Shown here piece by piece: positions 28,981 through 38,474 of a DNA stretch of 64,000 nucleotides. The notes under the pieces are model-generated. The model ran no database searches and was not told the origin of the DNA. It saw nothing but the letters and a program-made list of their open reading frames with translations. The number at the start of each line of letters is the position of its first letter. Positions within the stretch are counted from its first letter, which is position 1. The stretch covers positions 6,215 to 70,214 of the forward strand of contig UQPI01000001.1 of assembly GCA_900542945.1 (NCBI GenBank), written 5' to 3'. The translations under genes and the position numbers were made by a program. The stretch is from an uncultured Collinsella sp. GTDB lineage: Bacteria > Actinomycetota > Coriobacteriia > Coriobacteriales > Coriobacteriaceae.

Positions 28981-29817
28981 ATGTCGCATCCGGCTGTGCC
29001 GGCCCTCTACATGGTGCTGACGCTGGGGCTCACCATGTTCTCGATGCAACCGGTGCTGATCGCGCTGTCGCTTGCGGGCGGGCTGGCGTATGGATTTGCG
29101 ACGCGTGGGGCTGCCCGCACGCTGGGCGCACTCCGCTGGCAGCTGCCGGTGATTTTGATCGTTGCGGTGCTCAATCCGCTGTTTAGCGCCTCGGGCTCGA
29201 CGGAGCTGTTCCGTATTGGTATGCGCGCAGTGTATCTGGAGAGCATGGTATACGGTCTGTGCATGGGCGGGCTGTTTGTGGCGAGCGTGCTGTGGTTTGA
29301 GGCGGCGGCGTCGATGCTCGAATACGATAAGGTGCTCGCGCTGCTGGGTAATACCGCACCGGTGATTGCGCTCATGATCTCGATGTGCATGAGGCTTATC
29401 CCGCAGTTTTTGCGCCGCGGTCGTACGGTGCTGGCGGTGCAGGATGCGATTGATGTGCCGGGCCGCGCGCCGGCCGACCCCGTACGCTCGCGCCTGCGGG
29501 CGTCGAGCGTGTTGATGGGCTGGGGCATGGAAGATTCGCTGGAGCGCGCGGACGCGATGCGCTCGCGCGGGTGGGGTGCCGCGACGCGTCGTACGACGTA
29601 TGCGCGGTATCGACTGGGGCGCAGCGACGTTGCCGCGCTGGCCGGGCTCGCACTGTTTGGTGCTGCCGCGGTGGCGGTGGCGTGGACCGCGACGACGCAG
29701 TATTCGTTTTATCCGCAGCTCTCGGTGCCGGCGCCGTGGCTGGGCTATGTCGTGTACGCTGCCTGGATGATGCTGCCTTGCGCGTTGCACGCGATTGATG
29801 AGAAGAGGTTTGGCTGA
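28981..29817 (+). CDS. ecfT: Energy-coupling factor transporter transmembrane component
   Basis: CbiQ/EcfT-like multi-TM protein immediately upstream of ecfA. The start is placed at the Met before the first TM helix. Confidence 0.6.
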   Translation: MSHPAVPALYMVLTLGLTMFSMQPVLIALSLAGGLAYGFATRGAARTLGALRWQLPVILIVAVLNPLFSASGSTELFRIGMRAVYLESMVYGLCMGGLFVASVLWFEAAASMLEYDKVLALLGNTAPVIALMISMCMRLIPQFLRRGRTVLAVQDAIDVPGRAPADPVRSRLRASSVLMGWGMEDSLERADAMRSRGWGAATRRTTYARYRLGRSDVAALAGLALFGAAAVAVAWTATTQYSFYPQLSVPAPWLGYVVYAAWMMLPCALHAIDEKRFG

Positions 29818-31460
29818 TGGCTCGGTTGGATAGGGGCCCGGTGTCGGGCGCGGCGTGCGGCCCGGATATTCCGGCGATTGAGGTGCAGGGCCTTGGTTTT
29901 GCCTATCCCGGGGCCGAGGCACCGGTGCTCGAGGGGCTTGATTGGCGTGTTCCCCAAGGTGCATTTGCGCTGCTTGTTGGCGGTACCGGTTCGGGTAAGT
30001 CGACGCTGCTGTCGCTGCTCAAGCCCGAGATCGCTCCGGCGGGCGAGCGCACTGGCGATACGCGCGTGCTGGGCGAGAACGTTGCCGACATGGACGTCCG
30101 GGCGTCCGCGGAGCGCGTGGGCTATGTGTTCCAGGATCCCGAGAACCAGATCGTGTGCGAAACCGTGTGGCACGAGATGGCGTTTGGCCTGGAAAACTTG
30201 GGGCTAGCACGTGATGAGATGCGCCGTCGCGTAGCTGAGACCAGCTATTTCTTTGGTCTGGAGGACTGGCTTCATCGCGATACCGATACGCTTTCGGGCG
30301 GCCGCAAGCAGCTGCTGTCGCTTGCCGCCGTCCTGGCGCTGCGTCCGCGTGTGCTGCTACTCGACGAGCCCACGTCTCAGCTCGATCCCGTTGCCGAGAA
30401 GAATTTTCTGCACGCGCTGTTTCGCGTGAACCGTGAGTTGGGCTGCACGGTTGTTGTGGCTACGCATCAACCGCGCCCAATGCTCGAGTATGCGACGTGT
30501 GCGTACCGGATTGAGGACGGTCGCGTGCGCGAGGTGGCGGATATGGCTTCTTTGGGACGCCGAGAATCACTGTTTTCCGACGACATGTTGGGGTGGGGTG
30601 CCGTCCGATGTGCAAAAAACGGAGTATTCAGCAGGCGTGAGGACAATTTGGGCTCTCTGGAGCCGCCCGGGGACGTATCGAGCGCGAAAAAAAGTTCGAA
30701 ATTGGACAAATCGTCCGAATTTGTGGCGCAAACGTCGCTCGAGAACGGCTCGGAAGCCTTCCCGCGCACGGATGGGAGCAGAATACTCCAAAAAATGTAC
30801 GGCGGGTCGGCTACCACCCTGGCAGGGAGCTGGTTTCGCTACGATCGCGCGGGCGGTTGGGTGCTGCGCGGGCTCGACGTGGCGTTTTCGGCCGGTGCGG
30901 TGCATGCGATCGTGGGCGGCAACGGATGCGGTAAGTCGACGATGCTTTCGGTGCTGGCCAAGACTGCCAAGCTGCAACGTGGTCGTATGGTGCGCGGGGC
31001 GGCCTCGGCTGCGCTGCTGCCGCAGAACCCCAAGGCCCTGCTGGTTGCCGAGACGGTGCGCGACGAGCTGATGGAATGGGCTTCGGCCTGCGGGTACGAC
31101 GAGGCTATGGCGCGGGAGCGCGCGGCGAGTCTGGGGCTCGCGGACTTGGGGGAGCGCCACCCCTATGACCTTTCGGGCGGACAGCGTCAGCTGCTTGCGT
31201 TGGCAAAGCTGCTGTTGATCGGCCCCGAACTGCTATTGCTCGATGAGCCCACCAAGGGTTTGGACCTGGCCAGCCGCCGCATCATCGCCCGCGCCCTGCG
31301 CGACCATGCGCAGGCTGGCGGCACCGTCGTCATGGCGACGCACGACCTAGACTTTGCCGAGCAGGTTGCCGATGACATTTCCATGATGTTTGATGGCGAG
31401 ATCGCCTGCATGGAGCCGCCGACCGACTTCTTTGCCGACAACGTGTTTTATAGGGCGTGA
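29817..31460 (+). CDS. ecfA: Fused duplicated ECF transporter ATPase (EcfA-EcfA')
   Basis: Two ABC cassettes with Walker A GGTGSGKST and GGNGCGKST and two LSGG signatures. Confidence 0.85.
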   Translation: MARLDRGPVSGAACGPDIPAIEVQGLGFAYPGAEAPVLEGLDWRVPQGAFALLVGGTGSGKSTLLSLLKPEIAPAGERTGDTRVLGENVADMDVRASAERVGYVFQDPENQIVCETVWHEMAFGLENLGLARDEMRRRVAETSYFFGLEDWLHRDTDTLSGGRKQLLSLAAVLALRPRVLLLDEPTSQLDPVAEKNFLHALFRVNRELGCTVVVATHQPRPMLEYATCAYRIEDGRVREVADMASLGRRESLFSDDMLGWGAVRCAKNGVFSRREDNLGSLEPPGDVSSAKKSSKLDKSSEFVAQTSLENGSEAFPRTDGSRILQKMYGGSATTLAGSWFRYDRAGGWVLRGLDVAFSAGAVHAIVGGNGCGKSTMLSVLAKTAKLQRGRMVRGAASAALLPQNPKALLVAETVRDELMEWASACGYDEAMARERAASLGLADLGERHPYDLSGGQRQLLALAKLLLIGPELLLLDEPTKGLDLASRRIIARALRDHAQAGGTVVMATHDLDFAEQVADDISMMFDGEIACMEPPTDFFADNVFYRA

Positions 31461-31464
31461 TGGG

Positions 31465-32178
31465 ATGACGGATTATCGCGTCGCGCGCCTGCTCGCAAAA
31501 CTGGAGATACCGCTGCTGCTGGCGGTGCCAGCCGTGATGGCTGCGGCGTTGCTGGCGGGCGTTGAACAGGCGGCGCTTGCCATGCTTGTCGTGGTGGCGC
31601 TGGTGCTCGCGCTGTTCTTTGCGGGCTACGAGGCGTCGCGCCCGGGCTTACGCCAGATTGTGCCAACGCTGGTTCTGGCGGCGTTGGCTGCGGCGGGGCG
31701 CATTCTGTTTGGCCCCATTCCCGACTTTAAACCGGTGAGCGCCATCGCCATTATCGCGGGGGCGACGCTTGGTTGCCGCAATGGTTTTATGGTTGGCGCG
31801 CTGGCGGCGCTGACCAGCAATTTCTTTTTTGGACAGGGCATGTGGACGCCGTGGCAGATGTATGCCTGGGGGCTCGTGGGATACGTTGGCGGTGCGTTGG
31901 CGCATGCCGGCGCTTTTGATCGCGCCGATGGCACCGTGCGTATGCCGGCGCTGTTGATCTACGGCTTTGCTTCGGGTTTGCTGTACGGCGTTGTGATCAA
32001 CGCGTATGACATCATTGGGTTTGTACAGCCGCTCACGTGGGCGGGTGCCATGGCGCGTCTTGCCACCGCCGTACCGTTCGATATCACGCACGGCCTTGCG
32101 ACCTGCGTGTTTTTGGTCGCCCTGTACAAGCCTTGGTGTCGCCGCATCAACCGAGTCGTCGTGAAATACGGGCTGTAG
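31465..32178 (+). CDS. ECF transporter S (substrate-capture) component
   Basis: Small 6-TM protein directly following ecfA. The start codon overlaps the ecfA stop. Confidence 0.55.
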   Translation: MTDYRVARLLAKLEIPLLLAVPAVMAAALLAGVEQAALAMLVVVALVLALFFAGYEASRPGLRQIVPTLVLAALAAAGRILFGPIPDFKPVSAIAIIAGATLGCRNGFMVGALAALTSNFFFGQGMWTPWQMYAWGLVGYVGGALAHAGAFDRADGTVRMPALLIYGFASGLLYGVVINAYDIIGFVQPLTWAGAMARLATAVPFDITHGLATCVFLVALYKPWCRRINRVVVKYGL

Positions 32179-32179
32179 G

Positions 32180-32714
32180 GTTGGTTACGCCGGGGCGGGA
32201 ATCAATACTGCCGAAGTGCCATTTCAAAACTATGCCGGTTTACGGGGCTAGATTAGCGCGGGCCGACCATACCAGCATTTTTCGAAATAGGGCACACCGT
32301 CTACCTGCGATTTTATTATCTCGGAATTGCGTATGGTTAGGGGTTCGCGATTCAGCCCCGTAAACCGGCAAAGTTTTGGAATGGCCGGCTGAGATGACGG
32401 GCATCGTGGCCCTCAGAGAGCCAAATTGATCCATTTTCTTCCGTCCCCAGATGTCCCCAGGGAATCAGTTGACGGCGCTTGCCACGAAACTGGCCCATCT
32501 ACTACGTTTAGCTTGATGCCCCCGACAATGTTCGCGTTTTATGAAAAACCGCAGGCTTTCTACCTGCGGTTTTCTTTTGGCGTTGTTCGCTGTGGTTGAG
32601 GGTGGTGGCTTAAACGTAGTAGATGGGCGTGTTTCGTGGCGGATGGGTCACACGGATACCCTCACGAGGCCCAAAATGATCCGTTTTCCTCCGTCCCCAG
32701 GGGATCAGTTGGGG
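32180..32714. repeat. Repeat-dense convergent intergenic region (25-bp inverted repeat pair, ~45-bp direct repeat pair, 18-bp inverted pair, central hairpin)
   Basis: CAAAACTATGCCGGTTTACGGGGCT (32222) vs its reverse complement (32353). CAAATTGATCCATTTTCTTCCGTCCCCAG... (32422) is repeated at 32672. CCATCTACTACGTTTAGC / GCTTAAACGTAGTAGATGG. Hairpin AAAACCGCAGG...CTGCGGTTTT at 32542-32575. Confidence 0.7.
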
Positions 32715-33533
32715 CTAGGGCTCTAGCGTGAGGGTGACGGGGCAGTGGTCGCTGCCAAAGATGTCGCTGCGGATGCCGGTGTCGCGTACGTTGTCGGCGA
32801 TTGCGTCGCTTACCAGGAAGTAGTCGATGCGCCAGCCTGCGTTGTTCTTGCGGGCATTAAAGCGATAGCTCCACCAGCTGTAGACGCCCTCGACGTCGGG
32901 GTTTGCCGTGCGCCAGGTATCGGTAAAGCCGGCGTTGAGCAGCTCGGTAAACTTGCCGCGTTCTTCGTCCGAAAAGCCGGCGTTGCCGCGGTTGGACTTG
33001 GGGTTCTTAAGGTCGATTTCCTCGTGCGCCACGTTAAAGTCGCCGCAGGTCACGACGGGTTTGCCGGTCTCGCGCTCGAGTGCGTTCAAAAAGCCGCGGT
33101 AGGCATCGTCCCAGGCCATGCGCACATCGATGCGCGCGAGCTCATTTTGGGCGTTGGGCGTATAGACGTCGACAAACCAGAATTTGTCGAACTCCAGCGC
33201 GCAGACGCGGCCCTCGGTCGCGGCTTGGGCAACGAGCTCGGCAGCCTCGCCTTCGTCGGCGTAGGGTAGCAGCGCGTCGGCGTGCAGCACGCGCAGCGGT
33301 TCCTGGCGGCTAAAGACCGCAGTGCCCGAATAGCCTTTACGCTCGGCGTAGCTCCAGGTTTGGTGATAGCCGGGCAGGTCAATATCGACCTGGCCTTCTT
33401 GCAGCTTGGTCTCTTGCAGCGCCAGGATATCGACGTCGAGTTCTTGCGCGATCTGGATAAAGCTCGGGTCCTTTTTGAGCACGGCGCGCAGGCCGTTGAC
33501 GTTCCACGAGGCGAAAGTGTAAGTCTGAGGCAT
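32715..33533 (-). CDS. xth: Exodeoxyribonuclease III (AP endonuclease)
   Basis: FASWNVNGLRA...ILALQETK...SDHCPV motifs. Confidence 0.9.
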   Translation of the reverse strand: MPQTYTFASWNVNGLRAVLKKDPSFIQIAQELDVDILALQETKLQEGQVDIDLPGYHQTWSYAERKGYSGTAVFSRQEPLRVLHADALLPYADEGEAAELVAQAATEGRVCALEFDKFWFVDVYTPNAQNELARIDVRMAWDDAYRGFLNALERETGKPVVTCGDFNVAHEEIDLKNPKSNRGNAGFSDEERGKFTELLNAGFTDTWRTANPDVEGVYSWWSYRFNARKNNAGWRIDYFLVSDAIADNVRDTGIRSDIFGSDHCPVTLTLEP

Positions 33534-33647
33534 GGTGTCCTTTCGACGGGGTTGGCAGGCTTAAGATTAGCGCAACAGGGGCGGGGCGGGCCCCGCGGAC
33601 GACGGCGCAATCGCAGTCGCCCCGATCAACAAGGACGGAGGGCTCAT

Positions 33648-34400
33648 ATGACGCAGGCAATATCGGATCCCAAGCAGGCCTCCGCCGCGCTGGCGGAGCT
33701 TTTTGATACCCACAAGCGCGTGGTCTTCTTTGGCGGCGCGGGTGTTTCCACGGCAAGCGGCATTCCCGATTTTCGCAGCGTGGACGGCCTGTATCACCAG
33801 CAGTTTGCCTATCCGCCCGAGACCATGCTGTCGCACAGCTTTTACGAGACACATCCGGCGGAGTTCTTCGACTTTTACCGAACCAAGATGATCGCGCTTA
33901 ACGCTAAGCCCAACCGCTGCCACACCAAGCTGGCCGAGCTGGAGCGCGTCGGCAAGCTTGATGCCGTGGTGACGCAAAACATCGACGGCTTGCATCAGAT
34001 GGCGGGCTCGCAGCGCGTGTTTGAGTTGCACGGATCGGTCCATCGCAACATTTGCCAGTCGTGCGGAGCGGTCTATAGCGCCGAGTGGATTTGCTCGCGC
34101 GAGCACGAGGACGCCGCGGGCGTGCCCGTGTGCCCCGCGTGCGGTGGTCGCATCAAGCCCGATGTGGTGCTATACGAAGAGCCGCTCGACGAGCATGTGC
34201 TGACCGGCGCCGTTGCCGCCATCGCCGCGGCCGATGCCCTCATTGTGGGCGGGACCTCGCTCGTGGTGTATCCGGCGGCGGGCCTTACGCGCTACTTTAC
34301 CGGCGATACGCTGGCCATTTGCAATCTAGCTCCCACCGATCAAGATGCAAATGCCGACCTGCTGATTTCTTGCGACATCGCGGCCGCGTTTGCGTTCTAG
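33648..34400 (+). CDS. cobB: NAD-dependent protein deacylase (sirtuin)
   Basis: GAGVSTASGIPDFRS Rossmann motif, QNIDGLH, and zinc ribbon CQSCG...CPACGG. RBS AAGGACGGAGGG precedes the ATG at 33648. Confidence 0.85.
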   Translation: MTQAISDPKQASAALAELFDTHKRVVFFGGAGVSTASGIPDFRSVDGLYHQQFAYPPETMLSHSFYETHPAEFFDFYRTKMIALNAKPNRCHTKLAELERVGKLDAVVTQNIDGLHQMAGSQRVFELHGSVHRNICQSCGAVYSAEWICSREHEDAAGVPVCPACGGRIKPDVVLYEEPLDEHVLTGAVAAIAAADALIVGGTSLVVYPAAGLTRYFTGDTLAICNLAPTDQDANADLLISCDIAAAFAF

Positions 34401-34494
34401 CCCGTGTGCGCGGATACAATAGAAAGACTGATTGCAAAGCGACCCCGCCGCCTGCGCCCGAGCGCGGCGGCGCGGGCATTTGAGGAGGATGTTC

Positions 34495-36237
34495 ATGGCG
34501 AACGATAGCAAGACATGGCGGTGCGGAAAGTACGAGCTCAGCTTTGACCGTCCGCGCATCATGGGCGTCCTCAACGTGACGCCCGATTCGTTTAGCGACG
34601 GCGGGGAGCACTTCGACCCGGATGCCGCAATCGAGTACGGCCTGGCGATACTCGACGCCGGCGCCGACATCATCGACGTGGGCGGCGAGTCCACGCGCCC
34701 TGGTTTTACCCCGGTCAACCCCGACGAGGAGGCTCGCCGCGTGCTGCCCGTGGTGCGCGCGCTGGCCAAAGAGGGTGCCATCGTCTCGATTGACACGCGC
34801 CACGTGGCGGTTGCCAAGGCGGCCGTGCGCTGCGGCGCCTCTATTGTCAACGACGTGACGGGCTTCACCGACCCCAAGATGGTCGAGTTTGTTAAGACGA
34901 GCGCCTGCGGCGTTATCGTGATGCACGCCGGCGAGGTCGCCGCCCCTGCTCGTACGCACGCGACGGTGCAGCTTGATACCTCGGCTGCGGCGTTTGTTGC
35001 CGAGAAGGCACGCGAAGCGGCCGCCGAGGCCGCGCGCGAGGCCGAGAAGCCAGCCCGTCGCCGTCGCGGCAAGTTGCTGGGCGAGCCTAAGCCGGAGGCC
35101 AAGCTTCCGGGTGGCGTGGTGCAGCCCTCGTTGCCGTTTGGCGAACCTGAGCCCGCGACCGAGCCTGCAAGCGAGCAGGAGACGCCTGCCGCCGAGCAGG
35201 CTGCTGCCGCCGAGACCGTCGCGCCCGCGCCCGAGGCCGCGCCCGCAGCCACCGAGGCCGCATCGGAGCCCAATGATCACCTGGCGGCCATGATGCGCCG
35301 CAGCGCCCGCCGCGAGGAGGCCTACGTGCCCACCTCTCAGCTCCGCCGCTTCACCCTGCCCGATTCGGCGCCCATCATGCGCCGCGTTATGGGCTTTCTG
35401 TCCGACCAGGCCCGCACGCTCATCCACGCCGGCGTGTCGCGCGACCGCATCTGCATCGATCCTGGCCCGGGCTTTGGTAAGTCGGCTAACGAGGACATCG
35501 TCATCCAGCGCGAGACTGCCAAGATGGCGTCACTGGGCTATCCGCTCATGTGCGCCGTATCGCGCAAGCGCTTTGTGGGCGCCGTCTCGGGCGTGACCGA
35601 GGCCGCCGAGCGCGATGCCGCTACGTTTGGCGTGTGCCTGGGCGCCATCCAGGCCGGTGCCAACATCGTGCGCGTGCACGACGCCGCGGGTTTTGCGCAG
35701 TTCCTGAACGGCTACTGGGCGGTTGCCAAGCCGCAGCCGCGCCGCGCGTTTGTGGCCGTGGGCTCCAACCTGGGGCATCGCTGTGACAACATCCGCGCCG
35801 CACGCGACATGATCGCCGAGATTCCACTCACCTGCGTGTCCAACTCCTCCAAGATCTACGAGAGCGAGCCGGCCTACGAGACGCGTCAGGACGCGTTTGC
35901 CAACGCCGTCATCGAGATCAAGACCGAGCTGGCGCCGTTGGTGCTGCTCGACGAGCTCATGAAGATCGAGGCCGAGCTGGGCCGCGACCGCTCCAAAAAG
36001 GCCAAGGCCAACGGCCCGCGCACCATCGACCTGGATCTGCTGTGGATGGACGGCGAGACCCACGGGGGCAAAAAGCTGCGCCTGCCGCATCCGCTGATCG
36101 GCGAGCGCGACTTTGTGCTGGTGCCGCTCGAGGATCTGATGCACGATCCGGCGCGGTTCTTCCGCTACAACGGCGTCGAGGTCAAGGGGCCCGAGGACCG
36201 CGTGGGCCATATCGTGGGCGAATTGGGGCGCATGTAG
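34495..36237 (+). CDS. folP/folK: Dihydropteroate synthase - HPPK fusion (FolP-FolK) with ~110-aa Ala/Glu/Pro-rich low-complexity insertion inside the DHPS domain
   Basis: DHPS motifs GVLNVTPDSFSDGG, DIIDVGGESTRPG and ICIDPGPGFGK are split by the EAAREAEKP...APAATEAA insert. C-terminal HPPK motifs AFVAVGSNLG and RTIDLDLL are present. Confidence 0.85.
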   Translation: MANDSKTWRCGKYELSFDRPRIMGVLNVTPDSFSDGGEHFDPDAAIEYGLAILDAGADIIDVGGESTRPGFTPVNPDEEARRVLPVVRALAKEGAIVSIDTRHVAVAKAAVRCGASIVNDVTGFTDPKMVEFVKTSACGVIVMHAGEVAAPARTHATVQLDTSAAAFVAEKAREAAAEAAREAEKPARRRRGKLLGEPKPEAKLPGGVVQPSLPFGEPEPATEPASEQETPAAEQAAAAETVAPAPEAAPAATEAASEPNDHLAAMMRRSARREEAYVPTSQLRRFTLPDSAPIMRRVMGFLSDQARTLIHAGVSRDRICIDPGPGFGKSANEDIVIQRETAKMASLGYPLMCAVSRKRFVGAVSGVTEAAERDAATFGVCLGAIQAGANIVRVHDAAGFAQFLNGYWAVAKPQPRRAFVAVGSNLGHRCDNIRAARDMIAEIPLTCVSNSSKIYESEPAYETRQDAFANAVIEIKTELAPLVLLDELMKIEAELGRDRSKKAKANGPRTIDLDLLWMDGETHGGKKLRLPHPLIGERDFVLVPLEDLMHDPARFFRYNGVEVKGPEDRVGHIVGELGRM

Positions 36238-36939
36238 ATGATCGAGATGAATGCTGTTGCCGCCGGCACCGAGCTCGACGCGGCGCGTGACGCGGGCCGC
36301 GAGGGCGTGTCCGCGGGCTGGTGCGCGTGGAGCGCGGGCGATGCTTCGCTGACGTTTTCGCTGGTCGTTCGCCCCGACGTGAACATGCACGCCTTCCACG
36401 GTCTTCCGTTTGTGGCCGCGATGGGCATGATGGACGCGCTCGTGGGCACGACGTCGACGCCGGGCCTGGGCCTTGCCGGTAAGGTGGGTATCCAGTGGCC
36501 GAGTGACATCGTGTGCGGTGCGCCTGCGTTTGAGACGTCACTCGCGCGTGTTGCCGTGAACGGCGGTGCCGGTGCTGCGGGCATGTTTGCCGCGGTGACG
36601 GTTGATATTGAACGTGCGGCGCTGGGCGAGCTTGGCGTGGATATGGCCGACGAGGTGCTGGTCGAGGCATTGGCCACCGCCGTGCTGACCCGCGTGGACA
36701 CCTGGGCGGTTGCCGCCAACACACCACAGGGCGCTGCCGGCCCGCTGGCTCCGGTGCTGGGTGAGTACTTCGATATGGTGCCGCTGCTGGGTCGTCAGGT
36801 TGCGGCGGTGTCGCCCAACGGTTTGCCGCTTGCGGTCGGTGTGTTTGCGGGCCTGGACATCTGGGGCCGCGCGACCATCAAGACCGATGCCGGCGAGCAG
36901 GAGTTTCCGCCCGAGGCCGTGCGCATTCGCGGTCTGTAG
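36238..36939 (+). CDS. BPL/LPL-family protein (degenerate biotin-protein-ligase-like)
   Basis: The layout DAGREGVSAGWCAWSAGDASLTFSLVVRP resembles the BirA GRGRRGR.W.S..G..L.FSL.L.P region, but the canonical GRGRRG is not conserved. Confidence 0.4.
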   Translation: MIEMNAVAAGTELDAARDAGREGVSAGWCAWSAGDASLTFSLVVRPDVNMHAFHGLPFVAAMGMMDALVGTTSTPGLGLAGKVGIQWPSDIVCGAPAFETSLARVAVNGGAGAAGMFAAVTVDIERAALGELGVDMADEVLVEALATAVLTRVDTWAVAANTPQGAAGPLAPVLGEYFDMVPLLGRQVAAVSPNGLPLAVGVFAGLDIWGRATIKTDAGEQEFPPEAVRIRGL

Positions 36940-37037
36940 CGCGGGGCGTTCGCGTCCAAAGACAACAATGACAACAAGACCCTCCTCGGCCTGTGCCGGG
37001 GAGGGTTTCGCCTATCTGGGGAATGGGTTGCCAGCGC

Positions 37038-37166
37038 CCTATTCCTCAAAACTGAAAATCTTTCGATTTTGAGGAATAGAATTAAGCCAGCTCGGCCTTT
37101 AACGAGGTATACTCGTTGCAGAGTCTATTCCTCAAAACTGAATAATTTTCGTTTTTGAGGAATAGC
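37038..37166. repeat. Two palindromic hairpins CTATTCCTCAAAACTGAA-N-TTTTGAGGAATAG upstream of the ATPase cassette (third copy at 38393-38441)
   Basis: Near-identical inverted repeats at 37038-37081, 37124-37166 and 38393-38441 bracket gene 37192-38388. Confidence 0.8.
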
Positions 37167-37191
37167 GATAGAAGACCACAGGGAGGCACCA

Positions 37192-38388
37192 ATGAAACTC
37201 ATCAATAGAACGTCATATATGGACACGTTGACGAGCCTTATTGGCGTACCGGACATCAAGGTCATAACGGGCATTCGCCGTAGCGGTAAGTCAAAATTGC
37301 TCGAGGCCCTCCGCGATTACGTGGAGGCAAATCTGTCCAATTCGAATGTCATCCATATCAATTACAACCTCGACGAGTTCGAGGGCCTGCTCGAATATCA
37401 TGCCCTGCTCGCCTATGTGAAAGAGCATCGAGTGTCCGACAAGCAAAACTCCCTGCTTATCGACGAGGTTCAGATGTGCGACGGCTTTGAACGCGCGATC
37501 AACAGCCTCCATGCATCCGAGCAGTACGACATCTTCATCACCGGATCGAACGCCTTTTTGCTGTCGAGCGATCTGTCGACGCTCTTTACGGGGCGCACGT
37601 TCGAGATCGAGGTTTTCCCATTCTCGTTTGAGGAGTATCGCCTCTATAGTGACGAGGGCGAGGTCGATCGCGACTTCGATGAGTACGCGAGAACCGGCGG
37701 TATGTCCGGCTCTTACCCTTATCCACTGCAGGAGCAGCGCTACCAATATCTCTCCAATGTCTTCAAAACGCTCATCGTGAGGGATATCGTGCAGCGGCAT
37801 AACGTGAGAAACGAATCGGCACTGCTGCGCATTGCCGATTACATGATGGACAACGTCTCCAATATAACGTCGGCACGCAACATTACAGATGTTTTGAATG
37901 CGGATGGGCTAAAGATTACGAACAAGACGGTCGGCACGTACATGGGGTACCTGTGCGATGCGTTTGCCTTCTATAAAGTTCGTCGGTACGACATTCGCGG
38001 CAAAAAATACCTTAAGAGCGGCGAGAAGTATTACCTGGCAGACCACGCGTTCAAATACGCACTGCTTGGTACACGTGATATGGATTGGGGACGCGTATAC
38101 GAGAACATGGTGGCCATCGAGCTGCTGCGCCGCGGATACGAGGTATACGTCGGTGTGCTCTATAAAAAGGAAATAGACTTTGTAGCAATCAAGCGAAGCG
38201 AGAAGCTCTACATTCAGGTGAGCGACGACATCAGCTCGGATAAGACGTTTGAACGCGAGATTTCGCCACTGCTGAGCATTGGCGATGCGTATCCCAAGAT
38301 GATTCTTGCCCGCACGCATCACGAGGCCACGGATCGCGATGGGGTGCAGATCGTGGACCTGGCGAGGTGGTTGTGCGGCGAGGCTTAG
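37192..38388 (+). CDS. AAA-family ATPase with DUF4143-type C-terminal domain
   Basis: Walker A GIRRSGKSKLLE in an AAA_14-like N-terminus, typical of the ATPase/DUF4143 family. Confidence 0.7.
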   Translation: MKLINRTSYMDTLTSLIGVPDIKVITGIRRSGKSKLLEALRDYVEANLSNSNVIHINYNLDEFEGLLEYHALLAYVKEHRVSDKQNSLLIDEVQMCDGFERAINSLHASEQYDIFITGSNAFLLSSDLSTLFTGRTFEIEVFPFSFEEYRLYSDEGEVDRDFDEYARTGGMSGSYPYPLQEQRYQYLSNVFKTLIVRDIVQRHNVRNESALLRIADYMMDNVSNITSARNITDVLNADGLKITNKTVGTYMGYLCDAFAFYKVRRYDIRGKKYLKSGEKYYLADHAFKYALLGTRDMDWGRVYENMVAIELLRRGYEVYVGVLYKKEIDFVAIKRSEKLYIQVSDDISSDKTFEREISPLLSIGDAYPKMILARTHHEATDRDGVQIVDLARWLCGEA

Positions 38389-38474
38389 CAAAAAAATCCT
38401 ATTCCTCAAAACTGAAAAATTTTCGATTTTGAGGAATAGGATTGGCGGCTGGTTGCTGCGACCTGGCGTTTACT

